Shown here piece after piece: positions 10,005 to 20,504 of a stretch of DNA of 64,000 nucleotides (its first letter is position 1; each line of letters opens with the position of its first letter). The stretch is from NCBI GenBank assembly GCA_964484795.1, contig CAZAFN010000002.1, positions 8,352 through 72,351 on the forward strand, given 5' to 3'. The DNA comes from an uncultured Alphaproteobacteria bacterium (GTDB lineage: Bacteria > Pseudomonadota > Alphaproteobacteria > Methylaequorales > Methylaequoraceae). The position numbers and the translations under genes are program-made. The notes beneath the pieces were generated by a model. It saw only the letters and a program-made list of their open reading frames with translations. It searched no databases and had not been told where the DNA came from.

Positions 10005-10574
10005 TTATAGTTTAAAAAAAAAAATCTCAAAATATTTTTTTAAAAATTCTTTACTTAGCTCAAAGTATACCTTTGGTGTATTAATTAATAATTGCTCTTC
10101 AATGTCAGATATTTGTCTTATGAATCTAGCTGGATTTCCAGCCCAAAGCTCCTTTTTTTTTATTACGGTTCCAGGAGGAACCAGTGCTCCAGCAGCTACA
10201 AATGCCATTTCTTCTACTACACACTTATCTAAAATAATTGCTCCCATACCAATCAATGAATAATTATTAATTGTACATGCGTGAATCGTAGCATTATGAC
10301 CAATTGTAACATTATCACCAATGATGGTTGGAAAGCCTTTTTTACCATTGGCAGAAAAACCATTAGATGAAACATGAATTACGCTACCATCTTGAATATT
10401 TGTATTTTCTCCAATTTTTATAAAATTCACATCTGCCCGGATAACACAATTAAACCAAATATTCGTCCCTTTCCCAACTTTTACATCACCAATTATCTGT
10501 ACTCCCTCAGCTACAAAAACGCTTTTGTCTATTTCAGGAAATTTATCCTTAAATTTAATAAATTTGTTATTCAT
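10005..10574 (-). CDS. gamma-carbonic-anhydrase-family hexapeptide-repeat protein
   Basis: Left-handed beta-helix hexapeptide repeats; gamma-CA/YrdA-like N-terminus (EIDKSVFVAEGVQIIGDVKVGKGTNIW). Confidence 0.7.
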   Translation of the reverse strand: MNNKFIKFKDKFPEIDKSVFVAEGVQIIGDVKVGKGTNIWFNCVIRADVNFIKIGENTNIQDGSVIHVSSNGFSANGKKGFPTIIGDNVTIGHNATIHACTINNYSLIGMGAIILDKCVVEEMAFVAAGALVPPGTVIKKKELWAGNPARFIRQISDIEEQLLINTPKVYFELSKEFLKKYFEIFFFKL

Positions 10575-10581
10575 AATTCAA

Positions 10582-11598
10582 TCAAATCAAAGCCTGTGTT
10601 TCATTAAAGTCAAACATTAGATTCATATTTTGTATTGCTTGACCAGCGGCACCCTTTATAAGATTGTCTATGCAACTTATTATAATAATTTTCTTTTGTG
10701 CATAATCTGTAAAAACCTTTAATGCAACATTATTGGTCCCCCTAACATCACTTAATTTAGGTATCTCTTCGTTTTTAAAAAATTTTATAAAAGGTTCTTT
10801 TTTATAAAAACTCTGCAATGCATTCAAAACATCAGATTGATCTAAATTATTTTTACTCAAGTAGATTGTTGATTGAATCCCACTAAAAACTGGAAGAAGG
10901 TTAGGTATAAATGTAAAAGAAATATTTTTTGAAAATTTTCCCAACTCTTGTTTAATCTCTGGGTAATGTTTATGTTCAAATATATTGTATGAAAAAAAAT
11001 TTTCACTTAACTCAGAAAGTAAATTTTCATTCTTTGGCTTTTTACCTGCACCACTAACTCCAGATTTTGAATCAATGACTATATGATCCTTATCAATTAT
11101 TTTTTTTTTTAGCAACGGCAACAAAGGTATTAAAACTGAAGTAGGATAACAACCTGGATTTGCAACAAACTTAGATTTGATTATTTCATTTTTATATATT
11201 TCGCTCAATCCATAAACAAATCTATTAAATTTTTTCTTTGATTTATGTTTTGTTTTATAGAAATATTCATATTCTAAAATATCATTAAGTCTAAAATCAC
11301 CTGACAAATCAATGATTGGAATTTTATCATCAAGATTAAAAATTATTTCTTGTTGAAACTCACCGTGTGGCAAACAACTAAAAATAAGATCCGTATTGCT
11401 AAAATTAAATTCCAAGTAATCACTTATTAATATATTTGGTAAATTTTTCATCTTTGGAAAAAGATTCCTCAGATTCTGACCTTTAGTTGTTTTACCAAAG
11501 ATACCATGAATATTTATATTCTTATGTCTATTTAGGAAATACAATAGCTTTGAGCCTGTATAACCAGACACACCAAAAATACATACATTTAAAGACAT
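10582..11598 (-). CDS. argC: N-acetyl-gamma-glutamyl-phosphate reductase
   Basis: VCIFGVSGYTG NAD-binding start and active-site GCYPTS; conserved rplM-rpsI-argC synteny. Confidence 0.85.
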   Translation of the reverse strand: MSLNVCIFGVSGYTGSKLLYFLNRHKNINIHGIFGKTTKGQNLRNLFPKMKNLPNILISDYLEFNFSNTDLIFSCLPHGEFQQEIIFNLDDKIPIIDLSGDFRLNDILEYEYFYKTKHKSKKKFNRFVYGLSEIYKNEIIKSKFVANPGCYPTSVLIPLLPLLKKKIIDKDHIVIDSKSGVSGAGKKPKNENLLSELSENFFSYNIFEHKHYPEIKQELGKFSKNISFTFIPNLLPVFSGIQSTIYLSKNNLDQSDVLNALQSFYKKEPFIKFFKNEEIPKLSDVRGTNNVALKVFTDYAQKKIIIISCIDNLIKGAAGQAIQNMNLMFDFNETQALI

Positions 11599-11604
11599 TA
11601 GGAA

Positions 11605-12069
11605 CTATCTTTTTGAAAATTGCGGACTTCTTCTGGCTTTATGTTTCCCAAACTTTTTTCTTTCAACTTTTCTTGCATCACGTCTAAGAAAACCTAATTT
11701 TTTTAATTTTTTTCTTAAAGACGGATCTAAGTTAACTAGTGCTCTACTAATACCATGTCTTAACGCCCCTGCTTGACCAGATAAACCACCACCAGAAACA
11801 GTTGAAAAAACATCAACTTGATCAAGTTTGTCAGTTTTACTCAAAGGTTCTTCAAGAATTGAACTATATATCTTTCTTAAAAAATATTTATTACTAGGTT
11901 TACCATTCACAGTTATTTTTCCAGCACCAAGTTTAATCCAAACTCTTGAAACTGATGTTTTTCTTCTGCCTGTAGCGTAAGCTCTGCCTAATTTATCTAA
12001 AATTGGGCCTTTATCTAAATTCTGATCAATAGGTTCGGATGATTTATGTTCAACACTTTCTTCAGCCAT
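11605..12069 (-). CDS. rpsI: 30S ribosomal protein S9
   Basis: C-terminal …[13 protein letters not shown] signature. Confidence 0.9.
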   Translation of the reverse strand: MAEESVEHKSSEPIDQNLDKGPILDKLGRAYATGRRKTSVSRVWIKLGAGKITVNGKPSNKYFLRKIYSSILEEPLSKTDKLDQVDVFSTVSGGGLSGQAGALRHGISRALVNLDPSLRKKLKKLGFLRRDARKVERKKFGKHKARRSPQFSKR

Positions 12070-12072
12070 AAC

Positions 12073-12540
12073 TTAATTTACTTTGTTTTTTCTATTTAAA
12101 GATGAAAAGTCTATGACTTCTGGTTTTTGAGCAGATAAATTATGTTCTGCTCCTCCAAAAATTCTTAAATTTCCAAGTTGTTGTTTTGCTAAGGCATTTG
12201 AATTCATCATTCTTTCGACTGCTTTTCTTACCACAAATCCAGGGTTTTTTCCATTTACAATTTTGTTAAAAAAAGTTTCTTTGATTCCTCCAGGGTAACC
12301 AGTATGTTTGAAATAGTTCTTTTTCTTTGCTTTAGTTCCAGTTAACTTTACTTTACTAGCATTTATGATCACAACATTATCACCACAATCTAAATGTGGG
12401 GTAAAAATAGTTTTGTGTTTTCCCTTAAGCAAGCCAACTACTTTTGCAGCAAGTCTTCCTAGAACAAGACCATCTGCATCAATAAGATACCACTTTTTTT
12501 GTATATCTTTTTTCTTTAATGAATAAGTTAGCATAATCAA
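12073..12540 (-). CDS. rplM: 50S ribosomal protein L13
   Basis: KKWYLIDADGLVLGRLA… L13 N-terminal signature. Confidence 0.9.
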   Translation of the reverse strand: MIMLTYSLKKKDIQKKWYLIDADGLVLGRLAAKVVGLLKGKHKTIFTPHLDCGDNVVIINASKVKLTGTKAKKKNYFKHTGYPGGIKETFFNKIVNGKNPGFVVRKAVERMMNSNALAKQQLGNLRIFGGAEHNLSAQKPEVIDFSSLNRKNKVN

Positions 12541-12592
12541 TTATTTAAAATAAATAACTTAATATTCTAAACTGTCAACTGTTAAAAAAAGT

Positions 12593-12910
12593 TTATAAAA
12601 GATTGTCAAATGCCCAGCGTAAATATTTTTCATTCGGCTCACCTGTTTTAATTTCAACAAGAAATGGAGTGTCATAAGAATGAATAGATTTTAATAGTTT
12701 TTCAATATTACTTTTGTTAAGATCTGTTTTTATTATTAGAATTAGTTCCTTTGCAGAAGAATAAGATTCCTTATCAACAAAAAAACTTTCCACATTTTTA
12801 ATTATATTTACACATACTGCTTTTTTTTGGAGAATAAGTTTTTTTGAAATTTTTTTTGCCTCCGATAGACTTCCACAGGTTGTGTAATAGATTCTAATTT
12901 TTTTCTTCAT
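12593..12910 (-). CDS. cutA: divalent-cation tolerance protein CutA-like
   Basis: About 105 aa; CutA1-like pattern (IYYTTCGSLSEAKKISKKLI…HSYDTPFLVEI). Confidence 0.5.
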   Translation of the reverse strand: MKKKIRIYYTTCGSLSEAKKISKKLILQKKAVCVNIIKNVESFFVDKESYSSAKELILIIKTDLNKSNIEKLLKSIHSYDTPFLVEIKTGEPNEKYLRWAFDNLL

Positions 12911-12917
12911 ACATCAA

Positions 12918-12996
12918 TGGTCGGGGCGACTGGATTTGAACCGGCGACCTCCCGTCCCCCAGACGGACGCGCTAAACCAGACTGCGCTACGCCCCG
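12918..12996 (-). tRNA. tRNA-Pro (anticodon GGG)
   Basis: Reverse complement CGGGGCGTAGCGCAGTCTGGTTTAGCGCGTCCGTCTGGGGGACGG…GGTTCAAATCCAGTCGCCCCGACCA; anticodon loop CUGGGGG; acceptor stem pairs; CCA encoded. Confidence 0.8.
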
Positions 12997-13044
12997 AAGT
13001 TTTTTCATATTATTTTTTTAATTTCATTAATTAAAAACTTAAGC

Positions 13045-13317
13045 TCACCAACTATTTTTTTTTTTTTTACTCGCATATTGAAAATCTTTGTGAAGAATTT
13101 TATTGGCACCCTCAATTGAATATTTATTTACATACAAAAGTTCTTTTACTCTTTCAAGAATTAGTATTTGTTTCTCATCATAATATCTAATTCCTGTTTT
13201 TTTTTTTATTGGAACAACTAATTTAAATTTCTTTTCCCAAAATCTCAAAACATAAATTGGAACCTCAATTAACCTTGACACCTCTCCAATTGTTTTAAGA
13301 GCATTAGGATTTGTCAT
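13045..13317 (-). CDS. MerR-family HTH transcriptional regulator
   Basis: N-terminal MerR HTH (IGEVSRLIEVPIYVLRFWEKKF); lies downstream of ihfA as in other alphaproteobacteria. Confidence 0.6.
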   Translation of the reverse strand: MTNPNALKTIGEVSRLIEVPIYVLRFWEKKFKLVVPIKKKTGIRYYDEKQILILERVKELLYVNKYSIEGANKILHKDFQYASKKKKNSW

Positions 13318-13621
13318 TTGAATTTTCTATATTCGAATTAAGTAAATTAATTAGGAAATTTGAAGCCTTGAATCTAACAACATTTCTTTCTGAAATCATC
13401 ACTTCTTCTTTGGTTTTAGGGTTTCTTCCAATTCTTTCTTTCTTTCTTTTTATCTTGAAGATGCCAAAGTTTACAATTTTAACATCATTATTAGATTTCA
13501 ATTGATCACATAAAATTTCAAGAAAATTTTCAAAAAAATTCTGACACTCTCTTTTTGAAAGCCCAATGCTTTCATTAAGATGATCCACAATTAGTGCTTT
13601 TGTCAAAACTTTTTTTTTCAT
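13304..13621 (-). CDS. ihfA: integration host factor subunit alpha
   Basis: HU/IHF fold (LTKALIVDHL…GLSKRECQNFFENFLEIL…GRNPKTKEEV); synteny with fabH-plsX. Confidence 0.7.
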   Translation of the reverse strand: MKKKVLTKALIVDHLNESIGLSKRECQNFFENFLEILCDQLKSNNDVKIVNFGIFKIKRKKERIGRNPKTKEEVMISERNVVRFKASNFLINLLNSNIENSNDKS

Positions 13622-13633
13622 AAAATTATATAT

Positions 13634-14590
13634 TCAAATCTTTACAATACAACTACCCCAAGTCAATCCTCCACCTATTGCACAAAGTGCAATTATATCA
13701 CCTTTTTTTAAAATTCCAGATTTAACTGAACAAGACATAGCCAAAGGTATAGATGCTGCAGAGGTGTTTGCGTGGAACTCAACTGTACTAATGGTTTTTT
13801 TTGAATTTATACCTAGTTTCTTTGCAGTACTTGAAATAATTCTTTGATTTGCCTGGTGTGGGATAAACCAATTAATATCACCCACATTAAGTTGACATTC
13901 TTGTAGAGCTTCATTAGTAGCCTCAGTTAATTTATTTACAGCCTGTTTAAAAATATCTTTTCCATTCATTCTAATCTTCCCAACTTCTTGATTCTTTGAA
14001 GGGCCACCATCACTATAAAGACTGTCATGCCATGAACCATCTGAATATAGTTTTGTAGATAAAATTCCACCATTTCCATTATTTGAAGATAAAACAACGG
14101 CTCCAGCACCATCACCAAATAAAACGCATGTTCTCCTATCATTCCAATCAACTATCTTAGATAAAGTTTCTGCACCAATAACTAAAATATTTTTAGATTT
14201 TCCAGATCTTATGAAAGAATCAGCTACTTGCAAAGAATAAATAAAACCAGAACAAACTGCTTGAATATCAAAGGCAGGGATATTGTTCATTTTAAAATGG
14301 TTTTGAATCTTTGTGGCGGTTGAAGGAAATGTATCATCTGGTGTTGTGGTTGCAACAATAATGCAATCAATATCTTTAGTTTTAATCTTTGCAGATTTAA
14401 TTGCAGATTCAGATGCTTTAATTGCTAAATCGGAAGTTAGTTCATCTTTACTTGCAATATGTCTTTGTTTAATCCCAGTACGGGAAAATATCCATTCGTC
14501 TGAAGTATCTACAAATTTAGTAAAATCATTGTTTTTAAGTACTTTTGATGGGAGATAATGCCCAAAACCTATTATTTTTGAATTAAACAT
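13634..14590 (-). CDS. fabH: 3-oxoacyl-ACP synthase III
   Basis: KAS III signature and active-site Cys context (AFDIQAVCSGFIY), HQAN motif. Confidence 0.9.
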   Translation of the reverse strand: MFNSKIIGFGHYLPSKVLKNNDFTKFVDTSDEWIFSRTGIKQRHIASKDELTSDLAIKASESAIKSAKIKTKDIDCIIVATTTPDDTFPSTATKIQNHFKMNNIPAFDIQAVCSGFIYSLQVADSFIRSGKSKNILVIGAETLSKIVDWNDRRTCVLFGDGAGAVVLSSNNGNGGILSTKLYSDGSWHDSLYSDGGPSKNQEVGKIRMNGKDIFKQAVNKLTEATNEALQECQLNVGDINWFIPHQANQRIISSTAKKLGINSKKTISTVEFHANTSAASIPLAMSCSVKSGILKKGDIIALCAIGGGLTWGSCIVKI

Positions 14591-14609
14591 AAAAATTTTT
14601 GTTCATATT

Positions 14610-15611
14610 TTAAAAAACCATTTTTTTTTCTATTTCATTTACATAAGAGTTTTCAATCAACGAAACAGCTACACTTATAGCATTACAAAAACCAAATGCA
14701 TCAGTAGCACCATGGCTTTTAACCACAATTCCATTTAGACCCAATAGTACTGCTCCATTATATTTCCTCGGATCAATTCTTGCTTTAAATCTATTTAACG
14801 CAGGTTTTGACAAAATGTATCCAATCTTGGATATTATTGAACTTTTGTATGCATTTTGTAAAAAAGTAAATATTAATTCTGCAACACCCTCAGCGGTTTT
14901 TAAAGCAATATTTCCAGAAAAACCATCTGTAACCACAACATCAACTATCCCCTTGTTTATATCATTGCCTTCAATAAAACCAAAAAAATTTATTTTGGAA
15001 GAAATTTTTTTCAAATCATTAAATGTTTGTTTAACAATAATATTGCCCTTAATATGTTCAGAACCAACATTTAACAAACCGATCTTAGGTTTTTTTATTC
15101 CTAAAACCAATTGAGAAAATATATCACCCATTAAAGCAAACTGAACCAAGTTATCATTTGAACAATCAACATTTGCACCTAAATCAAGGACAACTGTTTG
15201 CCCCTTCATTGTGGGCATAAGCCCAGCAATTGCTGGTCTATTTACTCCTTTTATTGTTTTTAAAACAAATTTTGATATTGCCATCAAGGCTCCAGTGTTT
15301 CCAGCTGACACAAAACCATGTGAAACATTATCTGCCACATTATTAATACCTAGTCTCATACTAGATTTTTTTAATTTTCTTAAAGCATTTACTGGTTCAT
15401 CATCTGATTTAATCTTTTCATCCGTATGAATAAAATCATAATTTGTAAATTCAGAGTTTTTTTCTAACTCGACCTTTGAAAGTCTTTCATTGCCAAAGAG
15501 TTTAAAACTTACTTGCGGATAAATTTTAGAAGCCATTACAACACCTTCAATTGTTGTTTCAGGACCTAAGTCACCACCCATTACATCAATGGCTAATACT
15601 ATCTTTTTCAA
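14610..15611 (-). CDS. plsX: phosphate acyltransferase PlsX
   Basis: IAIDVMGGD… N-terminus and full-length PlsX pattern. Confidence 0.9.
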   Translation of the reverse strand: MKKIVLAIDVMGGDLGPETTIEGVVMASKIYPQVSFKLFGNERLSKVELEKNSEFTNYDFIHTDEKIKSDDEPVNALRKLKKSSMRLGINNVADNVSHGFVSAGNTGALMAISKFVLKTIKGVNRPAIAGLMPTMKGQTVVLDLGANVDCSNDNLVQFALMGDIFSQLVLGIKKPKIGLLNVGSEHIKGNIIVKQTFNDLKKISSKINFFGFIEGNDINKGIVDVVVTDGFSGNIALKTAEGVAELIFTFLQNAYKSSIISKIGYILSKPALNRFKARIDPRKYNGAVLLGLNGIVVKSHGATDAFGFCNAISVAVSLIENSYVNEIEKKMVF

Positions 15612-15628
15612 ATTGGATCTCCAAAGAA

Positions 15629-15841
15629 CTAATTTTCAGAATCTTCGTTCTTTTCTGAATCGGTTTCGATTTTTTTAACTACTTCTCTTTTATTGTAAAA
15701 ACCACATGACTTACATATGTGATGACTCAACTTGAGTTCTCCACAATTAGGACATTCAATTGAATTCACTGCAAGCACTGAGTCATGAGAACGTCTCATA
15801 TTCCTTTTTGATGGTGTCGTCTTCCTTTTTGGTACTGCCAC
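15629..15841 (-). CDS. rpmF: 50S ribosomal protein L32 (GTG start)
   Basis: [19 protein letters not shown] plus a CxxC…CxxC zinc ribbon. Confidence 0.9.
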   Translation of the reverse strand: MAVPKRKTTPSKRNMRRSHDSVLAVNSIECPNCGELKLSHHICKSCGFYNKREVVKKIETDSEKNEDSEN

Positions 15842-15913
15842 TATAAATCCTTGTAAAATTGACTTTTACAAAAATTTTAAAAAAATAACAATATATTTTT
15901 TAAATAATAAATT

Positions 15914-16420
15914 TTAAAAATATGAGCTTGCAAAAGTAAATTTCAGTTTCAAAAAATCTGAGACTTTTAGTTTGCTAAAAAAAATTATATTAGAAAATAT
16001 ATATTTTTCTAGTTCGGAATAGTTTATAGAACTACATCCAAAGTTTTTTTTTAGTTTTTTTTTGAAATCTCTACATTTTCTTTTGGAAAGAATTTCATCA
16101 AAACTTGTTGAATATGAATATAACCTTCCATAAAAATTTTCAGTCATAGTCCTGACATTTTTTGCAATTCTCGAATCTGGTTCACCAAATTCTCTAATGA
16201 CATTTTCAAGATCCTTTACAAAACAACTAATAATATATTCTGAATAATTTTTTTTTAAATCAACAAGTTTCATATACCAAAGAATTATTATCAAATTTAA
16301 TTCAAATATCTCCAACCTGTGTTTAAAATTATTTTTTATGCAAATATTTTTAAAAAAAAAAATTTTTTTTGATTGATCTGCAATTTTGTTATAAATAATA
16401 TCTAAATCTCTGGTTTTCAT
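15914..16420 (-). CDS. ubiquinol-cytochrome c chaperone-family protein (putative)
   Basis: About 170 aa. Pattern …FGEPDSRIAKNVRTMTENFYGRLYSY resembles the Cbp3/PF03981 family, which sits upstream of rpmF in alphaproteobacteria. Confidence 0.4.
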   Translation of the reverse strand: MKTRDLDIIYNKIADQSKKIFFFKNICIKNNFKHRLEIFELNLIIILWYMKLVDLKKNYSEYIISCFVKDLENVIREFGEPDSRIAKNVRTMTENFYGRLYSYSTSFDEILSKRKCRDFKKKLKKNFGCSSINYSELEKYIFSNIIFFSKLKVSDFLKLKFTFASSYF

Positions 16421-16421
16421 A

Positions 16422-16904
16422 ATGCTAAAAAAAAAGAAGTTTGTTATATCATTTTATTTTGGATTGTTAATTTTTCTATTATGTTCATGCATAAATAAAA
16501 ATCTAGTTCACGGCAATCTTCCCGAAGCAGAGCTAGTTTCATTGTTGTCAATCGGAAAAGATAACAAAAAATCAATTTCAAAAATTTTAGGTGATCCAAC
16601 TTTTGAAGGAACTTTGGGTGACAATTCATTCTACTATATGGGTACCGTAAACTCAAAACTAGCCTTCCTAAAACCTAAACTTCAAGAGCAATTTATAATT
16701 GAGTTAAAATTTGACAAATCTGACACATTAAAAAAAATTTTTATATATAACAAAGAACAGGCTATGGAAGTTGCAATGTCTTCACTAAAAACTGAAAGTT
16801 CAGGTCGAAAATCAAGCTTTCTTCAAGATCTACTTGCAAACATAGGTGTCCCAGGAATGAAAAGAGGAGGCCCTATTATCGGAAGTGGAAGAGCTAATGA
16901 CTAG
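16422..16904 (+). CDS. bamE: outer-membrane assembly lipoprotein BamE (SmpA/OmlA)
   Basis: Lipobox LLCSC and BamE-like core ([26 protein letters not shown]). Confidence 0.6.
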   Translation: MLKKKKFVISFYFGLLIFLLCSCINKNLVHGNLPEAELVSLLSIGKDNKKSISKILGDPTFEGTLGDNSFYYMGTVNSKLAFLKPKLQEQFIIELKFDKSDTLKKIFIYNKEQAMEVAMSSLKTESSGRKSSFLQDLLANIGVPGMKRGGPIIGSGRAND

Positions 16905-19017
16905 AGGACAACATTGCTAGAAGAAGTATAGAGACTATATTGACAATTTTTATCATTGGATTTATTGCTGGACCAGCCGTATCCTTGTAAGGATCACCTA
17001 CAGTATCCCCTGTAACAGCCGCCTTGTGAGCATCAGAATTTTTACCACCATAGTTTCCATCCTCAATATATTTTTTTGCATTGTCCCATGCACCACCACC
17101 AGAAGTCATTGAAATAGCTAAAAACAGTCCCGTAATAATCGTTCCAAGAAGCATTGCACCAAGGGTCGTAAAAGCTGCTGATGCTTCACCACTGATAAAT
17201 AAAATTACATAATATGTGAAAAAAGGAGCTAGAACTGGAAGCAGAGAAGGTATTATCATAGCATTTATAGCTGCTTTCGTTAATATATCGACTGCTTTTC
17301 GATATTCTGGCTTAGTTCTTCCTGACATAATTCCTTTATTTTCAGCAACTTGACGCCTAACTTCTTTGACTATTCTTTCTGCAGCTCTGCCTACAGCCGT
17401 CATACCCATAGAACCAAAAAGATAAGGTAACATTCCTCCTATTAACAAACCTATCACAACATAAGGGTCATCGAGGGAAAATTTTACATCTAATGTTGGA
17501 AAATAATATTTTAAGTCCTGAGTATAGGCACCAAAAAGAACAAGTGAAGCAAGTCCAGCTGACCCAATTGCATATCCTTTAGTCACTGCCTTGGTTGTAT
17601 TACCAACTGCATCAAGAGCATCTGTTGTCTTCCTTACATTTTCAGAAAGATTTGACATTTCAGCTATTCCTCCAGCATTATCTGTGACCGGACCATAAGC
17701 ATCTAATGCCACTATCATACCTGCTAGAGCCAGCATTGTTGTTGCAGCTATGGAAATTCCATAAAGTCCAGCAAATTTAAAAGAAAAAACAATGCCTAGA
17801 ATTATTACTATTGCAGGAAGCGATGTAGATTGCATTGAAACAGCAAGACCTTGAATTATATTGGTTGCATGACCGGATTGAGAAGAACGTGCAACTGACC
17901 TTACAGGTGCAAACTCAGTACTTGTGTAATATTCTGTAATCCAAACTAGCAGACCTGTAACAGCCAAACCAACTAAAGAACAAAAAAACAAGTCAATTCC
18001 TTTAAAATCTTGAATAAATAGGTCATTGTTAATAATTACTTTTTCAAGATCAATATAAAAATGTGTTGTCAACAAAATTAATATCACAGAAGCAGCTGCA
18101 GTAATGATCAAACCTTTATACAAAGCACCCATAATGTTTTGAGAGCCCTCCCCTAACCTGACATAGTATGACCCAATCAAAGATGAAACTATACAAACAC
18201 CAGCAATCAGCAAAGGATACATCATAAAGGTGTTTTGTTGACCTGCATCAAAAAGTATTAAACCAAGTACCATTGTACCAACAATTGTTACTGCATAGGT
18301 TTCAAATAAATCTGCAGCCATACCAGCACAATCACCAACGTTATCACCAACATTATCTGCTATTACAGCTGGGTTTCTTGGATCATCTTCAGGTATACCT
18401 GCTTCAATCTTACCAACTAAATCTGCACCAACATCCGCACCCTTAGTAAAGATTCCACCACCAAGTCTTGCAAATATAGATATTAAAGAAGCTCCGAAAC
18501 TTAATGCTACCATTGGTTCAATTATTTCTCTTCCATTCTCTATTCCATAGTGATTATAAAGAAACCAATAATACCCAATAAGTCCTAATAAACCAAAACC
18601 AACAACTAGAAATCCAGTAATTGCTCCAGATTTAAAGGAAATATCCAGAGCTTTGTCAAGACTTTCTGTTGCAGCCTCTGTTGTTCTAACATTAGCTCGC
18701 ACTGCAACAAACATTCCCACGTATCCTGCAAGGCCAGAAAGAAATGCACCTAGTATGAATCCAATTGACACAAAAGGATTGTGAATCAAATAAAATAACA
18801 AAACTGCAATCAACAAACCAACAGCAGATATTGTTACATATTGCCTATTTAGATAAGCCTGTGCCCCTTCTTGAATGGCACTAGCTATTTCCCTCATTCT
18901 TTCAGAACCTTCCGGTGCTTCTAAAACTTGCTTTATCAAAAAACCACCATAGCCTAGTGATAATATTGAACATAGAAAAACAATTGAAAATTGAATTATC
19001 ATAACTTGAAATAACAA
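16894..19017 (-). CDS. hppA: membrane-bound proton/sodium-translocating pyrophosphatase
   Basis: [18 protein letters not shown] and other H+-PPase motifs; about 16 TM segments; 707 aa. Confidence 0.9.
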   Translation of the reverse strand: MLFQVMIIQFSIVFLCSILSLGYGGFLIKQVLEAPEGSERMREIASAIQEGAQAYLNRQYVTISAVGLLIAVLLFYLIHNPFVSIGFILGAFLSGLAGYVGMFVAVRANVRTTEAATESLDKALDISFKSGAITGFLVVGFGLLGLIGYYWFLYNHYGIENGREIIEPMVALSFGASLISIFARLGGGIFTKGADVGADLVGKIEAGIPEDDPRNPAVIADNVGDNVGDCAGMAADLFETYAVTIVGTMVLGLILFDAGQQNTFMMYPLLIAGVCIVSSLIGSYYVRLGEGSQNIMGALYKGLIITAAASVILILLTTHFYIDLEKVIINNDLFIQDFKGIDLFFCSLVGLAVTGLLVWITEYYTSTEFAPVRSVARSSQSGHATNIIQGLAVSMQSTSLPAIVIILGIVFSFKFAGLYGISIAATTMLALAGMIVALDAYGPVTDNAGGIAEMSNLSENVRKTTDALDAVGNTTKAVTKGYAIGSAGLASLVLFGAYTQDLKYYFPTLDVKFSLDDPYVVIGLLIGGMLPYLFGSMGMTAVGRAAERIVKEVRRQVAENKGIMSGRTKPEYRKAVDILTKAAINAMIIPSLLPVLAPFFTYYVILFISGEASAAFTTLGAMLLGTIITGLFLAISMTSGGGAWDNAKKYIEDGNYGGKNSDAHKAAVTGDTVGDPYKDTAGPAINPMIKIVNIVSILLLAMLSSSH

Positions 19018-19065
19018 TTAAACCCGATTTTATAACACATTGAAGGACATGTTCAATATTAAAAA

Positions 19066-20034
19066 TTAAAAGTGGCTAAAACCCTCATTTTTAAATTGGA
19101 TTTTTTTTCCATTTGAATCAAAAATTTTAACACCTTTACCTTTTGAAAAAAAACCAATCTTATAAATTTTTTCTTTATTTCTTTTTTTAAGAATTTCTTC
19201 TTTTTCCTTATTAGTTGAAAAAAGCAATTCATAATCCTCTCCTCCAGCAAATATAATATTCCAAATTTTTTTTTTATTATTTGAAGATCTTAAAATGGTT
19301 TTTACAACTTTCGACAATGGTATTTTAGAAAAAAATATATTAGCTTGGAGACCAGAAAAAAAAGAAATTTTTTTCAGTTCCTTTAACAAACCATCTGAAA
19401 TATCCGTACAAAAATCAACACAACCCACAAGGGAAGATCCAAGAAGAATTCTAGGGTTTGGTATGTGTAACTTTTTAAGCAAGTATTCTTTTGATCTATC
19501 ATCTATTTCATACAAATCTTTTTTTTTTTTATTTAACAAATTGTAACCTAAAGATGCATCCCCAAGGTTTCCTGAAACAAAAATTTCAGACCCTTCTCTC
19601 GCAGTCATATTTTTGTGTATATCCTTTTTAACTATCCCAAAAATCGAAGCTGATAAAAAAATTATTGGTGATTTGCTCAAATCACCACCGAATAATTTAA
19701 GTTTAAATTTTTTATGATCTTCCCTTAAACCACTAACAAATCTTTTTATCCATTGAATTGGGCTGGAATTAGGGATAGACAAGTTTAACAAATATCCATA
19801 GGGATTTGCTCCCATCGCAGCAATATCAGATAAATTAATTCTTAAAAGTTTTTTTGCTAAAATCTTGGGATCATAATTCTTATCAAAATGCTGTCCTTCT
19901 ACCATCATATCTGTGGAAACAACCATTTTTTTTTTTAAATCCAAAAAAGCAGCATCATTTCTCAATCCTAAGGATTCTTTATTTTTGGCTAAGGGTGAAA
20001 AATATTTTCTTAAGATTTCTAGTTCTTTATCCAT
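19066..20034 (-). CDS. thiL: thiamine-monophosphate kinase
   Basis: AIR-synthase-related fold; conserved nusB-thiL adjacency. Confidence 0.7.
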   Translation of the reverse strand: MDKELEILRKYFSPLAKNKESLGLRNDAAFLDLKKKMVVSTDMMVEGQHFDKNYDPKILAKKLLRINLSDIAAMGANPYGYLLNLSIPNSSPIQWIKRFVSGLREDHKKFKLKLFGGDLSKSPIIFLSASIFGIVKKDIHKNMTAREGSEIFVSGNLGDASLGYNLLNKKKKDLYEIDDRSKEYLLKKLHIPNPRILLGSSLVGCVDFCTDISDGLLKELKKISFFSGLQANIFFSKIPLSKVVKTILRSSNNKKKIWNIIFAGGEDYELLFSTNKEKEEILKKRNKEKIYKIGFFSKGKGVKIFDSNGKKIQFKNEGFSHF

Positions 20035-20042
20035 AAATAAAA

Positions 20043-20504
20043 TTATTCTTTGAAATGAAGTTTGTTATAAATTTTCTCTAGTATTGCGTTGATAAATGCA
20101 CTCTCATTTTTTGAAAAGAATGATTCCGTCAAGATAACATATTCGCTTATTATGATGCCTATTGAAGTTTTTGGAAATACTATCATTTCCGAGATGGCAG
20201 CCTTTAAAATCGCTAATAAGACATTGGGTATTCTAGAAATTGACCAATCTTTTCCCAGATTGTCTTTAATTAATTTGTCTATAAATTCATTCTTTTCATA
20301 AAGGAGATTAAATATCTTTGAAAAAAATTTTTTGTCAAATTTTTTTTTATCTAAATGAAAATCAAAATCAAGTTGTAATTTAAAATCATTGTCATCTAAA
20401 AAATATTTCTCTATTTCTTTTTTATCACATTGTAAACTTAAATTATAGATAGCCTGAACAGCAACATATCTGGAAAAAGATTTATGAACCAAACCATTAC
20501 TCAT
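20043..20504 (-). CDS. nusB: transcription antitermination factor NusB
   Basis: AR(x)A(V)QALY-like start and all-helical length; lies downstream of ribH. Confidence 0.8.
   Translation of the reverse strand: MSNGLVHKSFSRYVAVQAIYNLSLQCDKKEIEKYFLDDNDFKLQLDFDFHLDKKKFDKKFFSKIFNLLYEKNEFIDKLIKDNLGKDWSISRIPNVLLAILKAAISEMIVFPKTSIGIIISEYVILTESFFSKNESAFINAILEKIYNKLHFKE

Noticed and set aside
15851-15871. AT-rich perfect inverted repeats centred on TTGAC (TTGTAAAA-TTGAC-TTTTACAA at 15851-15871; TTATTTATAA-TTGAC-TTATAAATAA at 50149-50173) as candidate operator sites.
   Set aside because: In a 30% GC genome, 8-10-bp A/T palindromes occur often by chance, and the shared TTGAC is likely just a -35 hexamer. 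They are kept only as a weak note under the FTR1-like finding.
19018-19065. Short hairpin (ATTGAA-ggacatg-TTCAAT) between thiL and hppA as a terminator.
   Set aside because: A 6-bp A/T-rich stem without a convincing U-tract on the transcribed strand is likely a chance structure.
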